A stretch of DNA of 64,000 nucleotides. It comes from Antechinus flavipes. Taxonomy: Eukaryota. Numbering within the stretch: the first letter of the stretch is position 1; every line of letters begins with the position of its first letter. Position numbers and translations under genes: made by a program. The notes under the pieces were generated by a model. That model was not told the DNA's origin. It saw nothing but the letters and a program-made list of their open reading frames with translations, and searched no databases. Positions 12,575 to 33,700 of the stretch are shown in pieces. The DNA lies in assembly GCF_016432865.1 (NCBI RefSeq), contig NC_067403.1, forward strand, positions 256,370,001 through 256,434,000, in the 5' to 3' direction.

Positions 12575-12775
12575 ACTGGGAGGCGACACAGTGCACAGAA
12601 CCCTAAACCTGGAATTGGGAAGACCAGCTCAATCCAGCTTTAGATTTCATCCTTTCAATTTCAGTCTACCCCGTTTCCTCATCTGTAAAATGGGGATCAT
12701 GATAGTCCCGCCCTCCTAGGTTTGTTTAGAAGATAAAACGAGGTTGTGTTTGTAAAGTGCTTTATGAATTCATGT
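12575..12775 (+). mobile_element. MIR-family SINE
   Basis: GTTTCCTCATCTGTAAAATGGGGAT core and TTTGTAAAGTGCTTT tail. Confidence 0.7.
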
Positions 12776-13254
12776 TATAATTCCTATCATTTCATTCAGA
12801 CTCCGGCCTTCGGGAAGCTCCTCTAAAGGATGGCCGGTTGGTACTCTGAGTGGGATTTCAGGATAATTGAGAGCCTGCCATGATGTTCTGCTGCATTTTC
12901 AACGTTCCCTCTGTTAACCTGGTTGGCATTAATGGTGACCATGTGTTCTAAGTCTAAAGGCTTGGCTGAGCACATCTGAACTCCCGCTGTCCTTTCCTGC
13001 ATTGATCCCAGAAGCCACCTGGTCATAGTTCTTTCTGGCAAGGGCAAGAGATCCCCAAAGGCCTCCGCTTTCCCGACTTCTCTTTCTGCTAAGTGACTGA
13101 CTGACTGAGAGGTAGAGGTGGAATGGGAGCATGAAATACAGTGACTTAACAACTGAGGTAATCAGGACCAAAGAAAGACTCAAAGTGCTTTGGGAAATCT
13201 GAGCAGGAAACAGATCCCTTTTAATTGGGGGCTTCCTGAAAGAGAGGACATTGA

Positions 13255-13900
13255 AGTGGAGCCTAGAAGGGAAGGATTCACAAAGTCAAGTCTACCAGCA
13301 TTTATTAAGCCTCTATTATGTATCAGATTATGGTCAGCACCTCCTGACACAAAAAAAAGGTTAAAAAAGCTAAACAAAAGGTCAGCTAGGTGGCGCAGTG
13401 GACCTGAGTTCAAATCTGCCCTCAGACACTTAACACTTCCCGGTTAGGTGACCCTGCAAATCATTGAACCCCAATCACCTCAGCAAAAAAAAATAAAAAC
13501 AAATAAAAAACTTAAACAAAAAATCCCAGCCCCTGTCCTCGGGGAGCTTCTGGTCTAACGGTGAGAAATCACATGCAAACAACTATGTACAAACTAAATA
13601 CAAGTTATATTGGAGAACATCTGGGGCAAAGGCTTCTGGGAGAAGGATGCTAGGAGGTGGAGATGAGGGGGGAGACTTGGGGAACCGCCAGGACCGATGT
13701 CTGACGGGAGGAAATGGACAGGCTGGTCTGAGCAACAGCAGATGAGGGGAGACACTGGGAATGGGGGATGGCTGATGCCTGTGATAAGGGGCAGGTGCGG
13801 CAGGGGAACCTAAGTCCAGTTTGATGGAAGCCTAAAGCCTGTGAAAGGAACATAGAAGGTAAGAGCTGGAAGAGATCTTGGAGGCCAGCCCAGCCCAGCC
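13255..13900 (-). mobile_element. L2 3' fragment interrupted by a SINE
   Basis: CAGCATTTATTAAGCCTCTATTATGT...CCCTGTCCTCGGGGAGCTT...CATGCAAACAACTATGTACAAAC; right boundary approximate. Confidence 0.6.
13380..13520 (+). mobile_element. WSINE1-like SINE with A-rich tail
   Basis: CAGCTAGGTGGCGCAGTGGA|CCTGAGTTCAAATCTGCCCTCAGACACTTAACACTT...CCTCAGCAAAAAAAAATAAAAAC; head shortened by an internal deletion. Confidence 0.8.
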
Positions 13901-14444
13901 CTCAGGAGCGGTTCACACTGCCTCCTGATTCCCTAATCCCCATTGCTTTTCAGAAACAGCATGGACTGCCTTCACAGAAAGGTAGTGAGCTCTCCAGCCC
14001 TGGGAGTCTGCAGGCACAATATGGCTGGCTGTCAGCCTTGTTTAAAGGGGGATGTCTGCTAGCTCAGGGAAGGAGGGAGGGAAGTGCTGGACTTGGCGCC
14101 TCTGAGAAGCTTCCAGCTCTGAGGAAGATTAATGTGGGTAAAGGTAGAAGCGGCCTGGAGATGCCAGGTTCAGGAAGGCAAGAGGAGAATGGCGATGATT
14201 CTCACCCACCCAGCTCCGGGTGGGGGGTGTTGGCAACGGGGTCTTCAAATGAACCCCTGGAACGATTGCAGCTGGCACCTCTTGAGGCCATTTCCCCTCA
14301 CATGAGTGGGAGCCTCCCATTGCCCAGGCAGGGTCTGAGAGTCCCAGGGTGCATTGGAGGGCACGTTATCTGATTCTACCTAATGCGTGAATCCACTGGG
14401 AAGCATCCCTCCTCTGCTTGAGCCCCTTTGGGCCCAGTTCTACC

Positions 14445-15135
14445 CAGCTCTCAGAGGGTGGGGTACTCTCAGAGGCGGGGGTGCTCTCAGAGTGGGGTGC
14501 TCTCAGAGGTTGGAGTGTTCTCAGAGGCTGGGACATTTGCAGAGGCTGGGGCATTCTCAGAAGCTGAGACGCTCTCAGAGTCTAGTGTGTTCTCAGAGGC
14601 TGGGATGTTCTCAGAGTCTGAGGCGTTCTCAGAGGCTGGAGTATTCTCAGAGGCTGGGGCATTCGCAGAGGCTGGGGTGTTCTCAGAGGTGGGGGTGCTC
14701 TCAGAGGTGAGGATGCTCTCAGAGGCAGGGGTGCTCTCAGAGGTGGGGTGCTCTCAGAGGTGGGGATGCTCTCAGAGGCAGGAGTGCCCTCAGAGGTGGG
14801 GTGCTCTCAGAGTCTGGGGTGTTCTCAGAGGCTAGAGTATTCTCAGAGGCTGGGGCATTTGCAGAGGCTGGGGCATTCTCAGAGGCTGAGACACTCTCAG
14901 AGTCTGGGGTGTTCTCAGAGGCTGGGACGTTCTCAGAGTCTGGGGCGTTCTCAGAGTCTGAGGCATTCTCAGAGGCTGGGGTGTTCTCAGAGGCTGAGAC
15001 GCTCTCAGAGTCTGGGGCATTCTCAGAGGCTGAGGTGCTCTCAGAGGCTGAGGCATTCTCAGAGTCTGGGCATTCTGAGAGGTAAGGGTTCTCTCAGAAG
15101 TGGGGGTGCTCTGGGAGACTGGGGAGCTTTCAGAG
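14445..15135. repeat. 17-18 bp minisatellite (CTCAGAGGCTGGGGTGTT), roughly 37-38 units
   Basis: CTCAGAG recurs every 17-18 nt; array ends <100 bp upstream of the TSGA10IP ATG. Confidence 0.95.
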
Positions 15136-15220
15136 GCCAGGTTGCCATGCCTTCCCAGAGTCCTGCTGGTCTCCATGGAGATGGATCAGGATCGGGCTGA
15201 TAGAGGTTCTGAAAGGGGGG

Positions 15221-23526
<8,306 letters not shown>

Positions 23527-25329
23527 ACAGAGCTGCAAGCTGCCCGAAGTCGTCAAGCCGAGTACAGGAGCGGGGTTGCCCAGGGCCCAGGGTTAAATGG
23601 GAAAGAGGGAGAGAGGGAAAAATGAAATTATTGTATTTAAGCCCAGCGTCTGCTTTCCTGCCCAGCCAGAGTCCTTGGGAGCTTGGGGATCTACGGGGGG
23701 AAGTGAGCAGAAATGATTGACGGTGAGGGAGGCATGTGGCAAGGATAATCTGGATGCCCCTTAGCCCTCTGGCCTGGACGGGGCCATCCTGCCTGGCCCC
23801 TGCTCCTGTGGAATCCAGAACTCCCTTGCCCCAACTTAGTCACAGAGATCTCAGGCTTCAAATCCTGTAGGGAAGGAGATGCTCCTCTATGGTTTACAAA
23901 AGAAGAAACTGAGGTACATGGAGGCAAAGGGATCTGGTACTGCATTATAGGAAAGTAAGGAGACGGTTCCATAAAAAGGCATTTAGGAAAAAAAGACAAT
24001 GACGGGGGATAGTGAACTTCATTGAACCATACAAATTAGTGTATTAACTTGCAGTGTCGGCGGGGGCGGGGGGGATGGTGGTACCAAGGAACAGCAAATG
24101 AAGTCATTGCTTTACTAATGGAGGGTTAAAAAGGAACCACACAGAACCTGATCAGGGCATCACAGGCATATAAAAATGGGAGTCAGGAAGGCCTGGAGTC
24201 CATTCTCACTTCAGACTAGTTATGTGAGTTTGGGGAAATCTATTAAAGCAGAGGATTGGTCCCCTTCTGGCTCCAAATGAGCTGAAGTGAAGGTCTTTTA
24301 CCAGCCAGAGGGATCAGGGAAGACTTTTTGAGGGATGTGAGGATTTAACTTGGGCTTAAAAGGTCAGGATTCTCCCTGATCCTTTATGGGTGAAAGGTGG
24401 GTGGGCTGGTGTTCAGCAAAGGAATATGCAGACATAAACAGTGGAAAAGACTGTGTGGAGTTGAGATCTTGGAGGCCCAAAGGATTATTTATACAAATCA
24501 GAGAATCCTGGACACTCCAGAGGAGAAAGGGCGGCTTTGCCCAGCCCTGCCTTGCTTCAAAAAAGTCCACTTGTATGTCATGGTGCCATCTCCCGGTGTC
24601 CTAATCCCCTTAAAGAAAAAAGAACAAGCCACAAAATCTCTTCGGAGGCCGTCTCATCTAAAATTCTGAGGGGGAAAATGAGGCCACAGAGATCAAGTGA
24701 GTTGCCAAAAGACCCCAACAAGTAACAGCAAGACAACTGGACATGGCCCTGGATACAGTGGGAGTTTGGGACAGACAACCATTAAAAAATAAAAAACCAA
24801 TATCCTTTATACATAGGAAGTCATGTAAAACATCCACATTAGCTACTCCCAATGTATTAATGTTGCTGGTCAGTATCTACCCTCACATCCTTCTCCAATG
24901 TCTAAATCTGGAGAGGAGGTAACCAGGGCAAAGTTCTAATTGTGGTAGGGCACTGAGATTTTGACCTCGGAGCTAAATTTATACCCACGGCACTTGGCAG
25001 TCAGCTAACGGGAACTACAAACTTTTATGAAATGATTGGTTAAAACAAGATTACAGATGGGGAATGGTTCCAATCCTCCCTGAACTGAGGGCAAACTTTA
25101 TGAAGCGGATCTCAGTATTGTATCCACTGGCCAGTTCTGCTGGGCTGGGAAGTATCAGACTTCATTGATACTTGAAACAATGTACTAATTCAATACAATC
25201 TGATATCAGACGTCATTGCTGGTGCAAAGGCCGGTCCCAGAAGGTTCTGAGAGGAAGTGAGATCTTTGGCCATAGGACTCTGAATCTACCTTCCTGGACA
25301 CCAGGAGAGCAAATCTTCGAGCTGACAAT

Positions 25330-26250
25330 AGAAAAGCTTAACAGTCATTTTTACCATCCCTCTGAGACTCTTAAGATTTAGGGGAAAAGTTAAGTTCATG
25401 CTGGGGATGTCCAAATGTTCATTGATTGGGCATTCTCTTCAATAATGCAGAAAGTAGCCTTTGCATCCTGGGCCCCTTTTGTTTAGGTCCTCCCAAGGTT
25501 CACAAGAGGTCCAGCCAGCGTGTGAAAGCCTCCCATCTGTCATCTCTATCACACAATTCTGCAGTGATGTCCTTTAGAGCTGTTTGGGCTCTTTTGTTTA
25601 GATGCCACAGCTTGATCACACCTGTCACACACCCTCCTGGTATCCCTGATATGATGATCTTTAGGGCTTCAGAGGCAATGCTGTCACACAGAAACTTTGG
25701 TCAGCGTTGGAAAGATCGGTCCTTTGCTGTCATGGGTAACAAGTTTGGTAAAAGAGCAGCTTCCCAAAAACAATTTTCCCCTCTTCAAATCTGGATCCAG
25801 CTTACGGTGGATATATTGTCTACCTCAGAAACACATATTGTTGGTCAAGTTCTGTAGGTTACCAGTTCAGATGCAAGTTGAAATCTGAACATAGCCAGCC
25901 TTTATTTGATTTTTTTCCCGGGTTTGTGAACAGACCAAGCTCCTCTGGATAGTTAGAAACCTCTTCCAGGAGATTGCAACGTCTTGGGGATTGATCTACT
26001 CAACATGTCACCCTCAGACAGGGACATCAAAAAGATTTAACCATTGACAAATGAATCCTTCCTGAAGGACCCTGTGTGGATCGCCATCAGAAAGGCGGAT
26101 ATTTATGGCAAGAAAGCATCTGCCCATTTTTTGCCTCACTGGGTGTTTTTGATCAGAAGGGCACTGACTAGGGTTATTTCAGTTATGATCTAAGGATTCT
26201 TGGATAAGCTTCATATTCAGATGGGATGCACCTAATTAAGTAACCGGTGT
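25330..26250 (-). mobile_element. RTE-clade LINE fragment (C-terminal RT region), decayed
   Basis: Minus-strand translation with frameshifts gives ...TNPGK...GKPTELDQQYVFL..TI...KLDPDLKRGKLFLGSC, resembling RTE 'GxPIELVxQYVYLGQT...ELxPELxRRxxAGWxAFGKL'. Boundaries approximate. Confidence 0.6.
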
Positions 26251-26559
26251 AAAGGAGTGGGGATTTATTTCAATGGAATGCTTTAAAATCGACAAGAAAT
26301 CTTTTATTTTCACAACTTTCAGTCAATTGCAAGATGGCATTCTATGGCTGACCATAATTTATAAAAAAACAGCTGCTCATTCCCCTTTAAAAGCCTTAAG
26401 TTCTCGATGCCCCAGGCGTACAGATGACCCCGGGCCGACTCTGAGGACGTGGGAGAGGATCCTTATTCACATCTTTTGTTCCAGACCTTTGGTATCTTTC
26501 CTTGCTCCATAAATAATTCGTAATTGAGTCCTTCCGTTCCAAATGAAAAGGGAAAGGAC

Positions 26560-27700
26560 AGGGAGGGAACTCTCCTCTGCACAAATCTACTAAACATTTC
26601 TTGGGCAAACGCCATAAAAAGGCCACGGCATCCTCATTACGGAGCCCCTTGTGCGGCATTTACAGAAATGCAATCGGAAAGGTTGGGGCCACGGCACGAA
26701 AGCTGCCGGAGGGAGCACGGTGGCTGCCAAGGGGCAAAGCTGCCAAAGGGGCGTCCACAGAGGCCGCAGAAGCTTTTCAGGTCGCGCATGCGCACCCACT
26801 CCACTCCAGGCGCCATCTTTCGAGCACACAAAGGGTCTCGGCTGAGGCCACCAGAGACCTTACGCAGCCCTAGATCCCTGGTGACGCATGCGTATTTCGG
26901 TACCGATGCGTTGTGGAGTGGAGTGGGGGAGGGGGAAGGAACTAGGCGCAGTCCGGGAAGAGGCACGACGGCGAAAGCGGAGTGACGAGTTTACGCCGGA
27001 AGCTTCGGGCCTAACTTCCTGTCGGGCGTTGGACCGGAGGACCAGAGCACAACGGAAACGGCGCCCATTGGCTTCCGGCAACAGCCTCCGAGGGGCGGCC
27101 CGTAACCCGGAAGCGCTCCCATTCTGCGTCTGGGCCCGGCGGTGACGGCGGCCGGGGTTCGGTGGGAGCGGAGCCGCCATGGGCTCCTCGAAGAAGCACC
27201 GCGGGGAGAAGGAGGCGGCGGCGGGGACCGGAGCGGGGGCAGCGGGGAGTTCGGGCACGGGCACAGCGGAGCAGGCACCGCGGCACCGCGAGCATAAGAA
27301 GCACAAACACCGCAGCGGGGGCGGCGGCAGCGGGAGCGGCGGGGGCGGGGCCGGCGAGCGGCGCAAGCGCAGCCGGGAGCGCGGGGCCGAGAGGGGGAGC
27401 AGCCGGCGAGGGGGCGAGGCCGAGGCCCGCAACGGGAGCGCGCATGGGCGCGAGCGCAGCCAGGCTGAGCCTGCGGAGCGAAGAGTGAAGCGAGAGAAGC
27501 GCGATGACGGCTACGAAGCTGGTGAGCGCGAGACCCAAGGGGCCCAAGGGGCCCAAGGGGCGGGGCTGGACCTGAGAAGGGCCAATGGGGAGGCGGGGCC
27601 GAGGAGGCCGGAGTGAGGCGGGGCCAATGAACAGCCGGGGGTTGAGCCTGTCCTCCCCGAATGGGCCAGTAAGAAAGCTCCGCGAAGCTGGGGGAGTGGG
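26560..27700. promoter_or_regulatory. SART1 CpG-island promoter
   Basis: NRF1-type GCGCATGCGC near 26785, YY1-type GCGCCATCTT near 26810, several CCGGAAG/ACTTCC ETS sites 26936-27112, CCAAT boxes near 27582 and 27624. Confidence 0.8.
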
Positions 27701-30700
27701 GGTGGGGGTGGTTTGCTCTGTCCCAGACATTTTCGTACCCGAATTAGTTCAAATCAACAAATGTTAGTTTCATTCTCCTGCGTTTGACACATGGGGAAAC
27801 TGAGGTCTGAGAAGGGAAGTGACTGTAGGCCAGGGGAAGGGAGTATCTGCCTGACGAAAGTCCTACAGTGTGCCCGGCGCTGTACAGAAAAAGCAGCCCC
27901 TGCCCTTGTGGAGCTTACAATCTCTAGACAAAGAGGCTCCAGGCAGAATAAATAGGAAACGGGAGGGAGTGCTTCCTGTAGAGGGTGGGATTTAGTCGGG
28001 ACTTAAAGGAAGCTGGGCGGCCCAGTAGGTGGCGTGGAGGAAGGAGAGCCTGTCCGGTCTGGGACAGGCAGAGAGAAGGTCCACGATTAGGAGCGGTCGC
28101 CAGGAGGCAAAGGGAGGAGGAGGTGAGGTAGGGAAGACTGGATCCCAGGCAGAGGACTCTGGTGGTGGCAGTAGGGAGCCACTGGGACTTGTGGAATAGC
28201 GGGGGGCATGGCCGCATCTGGGCCCAGCAGCTATGTCAGTAGTCACATGCATGAGCTGGGGGGGGGGGGAGGGTCGCAGTGTGAGGGAGAAAGGGGACCT
28301 GTTGGGGAGGTGAAATGGACAGGCCTTGGAGGTGAGGGATTTATGGAAATATGAGGATTCAATTAGATGATGTTAAAGATACCGTCCAGCTCTGAAACTA
28401 GGAAGTCCTGTTGTCCGACTCCAAATCTGGATCTGTTTCTGCTACTTGGCCCAGTTCCACAAAGTTTCTTCAGCTGTGACTGTGAACCTCAGAACTTGAC
28501 TGGACCCTGGCTAAGACATGGCTCTTGCCTTCACTGAGCTCCAGCTCCATTAGGGATGAAACCTAAAGCTTAGATGAATTTGATGAATGCGGTAAATGTA
28601 AACAGGACATAAGGTCAGAGGAGAAAGGTTGTCAACAAGCAGAAAAGTGTTCTTAGAGAAACAGGACACTTAAGTTTGACTAAAGGATGAGTAGGAATTC
28701 AGGAAGGGAGAGGCCTGAAAGCTGCTGGCCTGCAGGTAGACAGGGATGATGATAGTTGTTTGCTGGAGAACAGCGGGAGCAAAGATGGAAAAAATGGGCC
28801 ATTATGAGCTGTCCGAGGATCTCCTACATGGCAGAAATAACTTTACACTTGCCTTCACGTTCTGTGAGGAATTATTGGAGGGTTTTGACTGGAACCATAA
28901 CTTGCTTTTATCTAAAATGCCACAGATTTACAAAATGTTTTCCTTAGCAACAACTCCATGAGAGAGGGAGTATATTAGCACCGTTTTGCATATGAAGAAG
29001 GCGGAGAGCTCAGAAAGATTAGATTGGCTGGCCAGAGGTCACAGGGGAGTTAGGGTACTGCAGGTGGCAGCCATCCTGCTGGTCCTCAGTGGGATTCTTG
29101 CTTAGTTAGAGACTGGACTGGAGATCCCTTTCAAGGGAGAGCGACATGCTCTCCACATGCGAACTCTGTTTTATGCTTTGGTAGTGAAACATTTCTAGCC
29201 TTCAGCTCTTAATTCATTCTCTGCCAGGACCAGAAGGTGCCTTGATGCCAGGAAGAGAAAAGCTGGGTTTGGGAGCTTAAGAAGTTTTTTTCCTAGAATG
29301 GGCTAGAAAGCAAGATGAAAAGAGCAGGGAAGTGAATGTAGCCTTCTTGCCTGTGTTAGGGGCTGTCCTGACTTCGGGGCTTCCAGATGTTGGAGGAGGT
29401 TCTTACTCCTTTGAACCCCGGTCAGGATGCCCTCGGAGCAGCACAGGTCCGGAGAGCGCTTCTCAGCCTTTGACCTTTGTCCTCTTTCTTGTTCCAGCCT
29501 CAAGCTCCAAGGCCAGCTCTGGAGATGCCTCATCTCTCAGCATTGAGGAGACCAAGTGAGTGCCCGGCGGGATGATCCGGATCAGCCCCGCCTTCCTCTG
29601 ACCTTTCCCAGCACAGCCTTGTGCTAATGGACCCAGGGAGGCCCAAATTAGTGCAGAGCAGCTTCTCCCCAGTCTCGCTTCTTCTTTAGTATCTGCAGAA
29701 TTTGGCTGCCTCATAACCGTGGCTATCTCTTGTTTTCAGTAAACTCCGAGCCAAGTTGGGACTCAAACCTTTGGAGGTCAATGCCGTTAAGAAGGGTGAG
29801 TGAGACAGGCTGACTGAGAAGTATGGGCCAGGACGAGGGAGGGCGTCGGGGTCTGGAGGAGCACAGAGCAAAGGCCAGAATCGGTGAACTGGCTTTGGTG
29901 ACCGAGCGCGTGGTCCTGCGGGATATGGGGTCAAGGCTGCGAAACTAGTAGGTGCAGACTCGGCCTAGGGCACACTCAGAGGTTTCTGGAGAGATCAGGG
30001 CTGTGGGTGAGCCAGCCTTGGGGGTGGGGATGATTCACCAAGCTGGAACAGGGGGGGCAAGGGGTCACCATCCCCGGGCCCTTTCCTTCCAGAAGCGGCG
30101 GGCACCAAGGAGGAGCCGGTGCTGGCCGACGTGATCAACCCCTTGGCCTTGCGGCAGCGCGAGGAGCTGCGTGAGAAGCTGGCGGCGGCCAAGGAGAAGC
30201 GGCTCCTCAACCAGAAGCTGGGGTGAGTGGGGAGAGCCTCTGGAGGCGGGCGGGCACATGGACAGCAGCCTATGCAGATGGGAGCAGAGCTGGGGCTGAA
30301 AATAGATGTTTAGCAGTGGGAGGAGATCCATCCAATGGGTTGAAGCTTTTTCTCCCATGTTCTTCCTTTAGAAAGATCAAGTCCCTGGGGGATGATGATC
30401 CATGGCTGGATGACACAGCCGCGTGGATCGAGAAGAGCCGTCGACTGCAGAAAGAGAAGGATTTGGCTGAGAAGAGGGTGAGAACCTGACCTGGGCAGAT
30501 TAGGGGGAGGGGCTCTGGAAGCCAGAGTCTGTGGGGCAGATGGGCTTCGTGGGGAGCTAGGGGCGGCTTCTGAGATGTCTACCTCTGTCCAGACGTGTGT
30601 GTGTGTGTGTGTGTTGTGTCTGTGTCCATCAGTGATTGCCTTTTCCTGTCTAAATGCTACCTTATCACACTGAATTGCTAGAATCCCATGCACCTCCCAC

Positions 30701-33700
30701 CCATTCCACCCCACAGGCCAAGTTGTTGGAGGAAATGGACCAAGAGTTTGGAGTGAGCACCCTGGTGGAAGAGGAGTTTGGACAGAGACGGAAGGTGAGG
30801 CGTGGTCGTGAGGAACGCTTTGGGGGGGGAAGGCGGTATGGAGATGAGTCCTTGGTGTCCCCAGCAGTCCCTGAGTTAGACGGGGCCGCTGAGGCTGCTT
30901 TTGTGTCTGCTCTAGGATCAGTACAGTGCCCGAGACCTGCAGGGGCTGACTGTGGAGCACGCCGTTGACTCCTTCCGGGAGGGGGAAACCATGATTCTTA
31001 CCCTCAAGGACAAAGGTATGGCCAGGAAGGGGGGCGTCTTCAGAGCCTCCGAAGTGGAGGACTGTGGGGGAGAAAGTGGGTAGAGCACCAGGCTATGAGT
31101 CGGGGGTGTGGCTGACCCAGGCCCCTGCTCCTCTAGGCGTGCTGCAGGAGGAGGAGGACGTGCTAGTCAACGTGAACCTCCTTGACAAAGAGCGGGCCGA
31201 AAAGAATGTGGAACTTCGGAAAAAGAAGCCGGATTACCGACCCTACGCTGAAGATGAGAGCGTGGATGACATGGCCGTGGTTTGTAGGGAGTGATCGAGG
31301 GTGGGGGGCAGGGGCCCACAGGGGACTGTGGCTAGCATGGGAAAGGGGGAGCGGACTCGGAGGCGGGGAAGTGGGGCTGAACCGGCTAATCTCCACAGTT
31401 TAAGCCCCGGTCCATCCTGGCCAAGTATGATGAGGAGCTGGAAGGGGAGCGACCCCACTCGTTCCGACTCGATCGTAGTGGGGCGGCCGATGGAGCCCGG
31501 GAGCGGGAGCTGGAGGAAATCCGGGCCAACCTGCGGCAGCAGGCGCAATCCCTGACGATGACTGGACCCCGGCTCGCCTCCGAGTACCTCACCCCCCAGG
31601 AAATGGTGAGTCTCTAGCAGGGGTAAATGGAGGAAAGTGCCCAGAGAACCTTGGGTGGGAGGGGGCTGCTGCCGGTGCTAGGTATGATCTCACCCTGATC
31701 TGGCACTCCATGCCCTTTGTGTGAGGAGCCACTGGGCAGGACCCTGGGAAGAGCCCCAGCTGGAGCACCCCAGAAGAGGAGGAAGGGGGCAAGTGGTGGG
31801 GTGGGCCTGGAAGTTCTGAGCCGGACTGGCATGGTCACGAGGAAGGCCTGTTCCGAAGGGGGGAAGCTGCATCTGCCAACCAACAAGTCAGGCCCGGATG
31901 GTGGGTCTGTGATCCTGTTGGCAGAGGGAGCCCCAAAGGGGGCCAGTCCTGGAGAAGTGCACGGGCAGGTGTTGGCGCTGGTACCAGGCTGCCAGCACTG
32001 GGAGGGCAGATGGGAGGAGGAGGAAGAAAGGGTAAGGATGGAACGACAGGAAGGGCAAGTTGGTGAAGAAGAAAAGGCCAAATCAACATGGTGGCAAGTG
32101 GACTGGAGACCCCAAAGGGAGGGCCTGGAGGCCAGGGGGAGGGGCAGTAGCTCCAAATTCAGTGAATTGGGTTATTGGCTGGGTCCTGGAGCTTGGGAAT
32201 GGGGTGGATGGGCTAATGAGATTTGAAAGAAAGGAGCTGTAATGGAGGGCTGTGAAAAGGAGAGGATTTTTTATTTCATCCTGGAGGGGAAGGGCCCGAG
32301 CGTGTGTGTTAGACATGTGGTCTTCCTAGGTTGGGGAACAGGGGCATACTGCCAGGCTAATACAGCAACGGGGCACACGTGCAGGCTAAACTCCCCTTTT
32401 TTTGTGAGCGTTTCTAAAGTGGCGGATCAGGAATGTTGTAGGGAGTTTACCTGGCCCTTACTTGCCTAGTCTTGTGAAAAAGGGGAAGAGGAGGGACTGC
32501 GGGCAAGGGCTCACAAAGGCTTTGAAATTACCTCCAGTGGGTGCCAGCCGAGTGCCAGGGTCAGAAGCCAAATGAGTCTTGACAGGTCAGACTGGAGGAA
32601 GGATTAGGGGAATGTCTGATGGAGGAGGTCTCCCTGGACAGGTTTTGGCTCCAGTGGGCCAAGGGGAGTAAAGCTCCAAGCAGAGTTGGAGGAAACCACA
32701 GCAGGAGAGGGTCTGGGCACCACAATGTTGAGCTTCGAAGTGTGCAAAAGAAAGCAGGAAGGACAATGAGGGAGTGTCTGATTGACACTCATCTGCAGGT
32801 GGTGGCAAAGGACCATGGGTGGGTTTGGGCATCAGCTCTCCAGAATGCTGCTGGGGCCTGGAGGGGGCCTACTCCTGAAGGGAAGGGGTTCAAGAACCTG
32901 TCCAAGGTCCTTCCAGAGTTGAAAAAAGGAGACTGGGGTTGGTCACTGGGGCACTGATAAGGTCTGAGGGTCACCTCTGCCTTTCTGCGCGCCCCCCCCC
33001 CCCCAGGTGACCTTCAAAAAGACGAAAAGGAGAGTGAGGAAAATCCGCAAGAAGGAGAAGGAGGTTGTGGTTCGGGCCGATGATCTGCTCCCTCTTGGTA
33101 ATGAGACCAGTGAAGGAGACTTTGGCTCCAGGTAACTGGGGCTGCCCTGATCGGGGAGGGGGAGGGCAGGGGGTGAGCCACCACCCAGGCTCAGTGTTCT
33201 CCCCCTCCTACAGGTTGCGGGGGAGAGGCCGTCGCCGAGTCCCCGAGACCGAGGACGAAGTCTCTGGAGATCCCGAGAGGGAAGCCCCTTCCCAGGTCCC
33301 TCAGTCCGATGACACCAGAGTGGAAAACATGGACATCAGTGATGATGGTGAGGGGAGGGGCCGGCTAGGGGAGGGGTGGAGAAACACCAGAGGGGCAAGG
33401 CTGCCATTGGGGCCATGTCTTCTCCCAGAGGAGGGGGCCCAGGTGACAGGCTCCCCCGAGATCCTGGAGGAGGACGAAGTGGAGGCTGAGCTACAGAAGC
33501 AGCTGGAGAAGGGTCGGAGGCTGAGGCAGCTGCAGCAGCTCAGAGACAGTGGGGAGAAGGTGAGAGTCACGGGGGCCTCTGGGCCACGGGGAGGGGTGAG
33601 AAAGGCCCGCGGGCACCTCATCGACAGGACTGCCCAAAGCCTGGTACTGTGCGGCCTCCATCCAGCCCCTTCTCTGGGATTGTGGACTCCCACCCCCACT

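Noticed and set aside
12790-13200. Short ORFs (109 aa, 84 aa) in an unassigned intergenic stretch
   Set aside because: No recognisable motif, splice context or repeat identity; probably decayed repeat.
14445-15135. CRISPR-like appearance of this and the other regular arrays
   Set aside because: Units are contiguous with no unique spacers, the DNA is mammalian and there are no cas genes.
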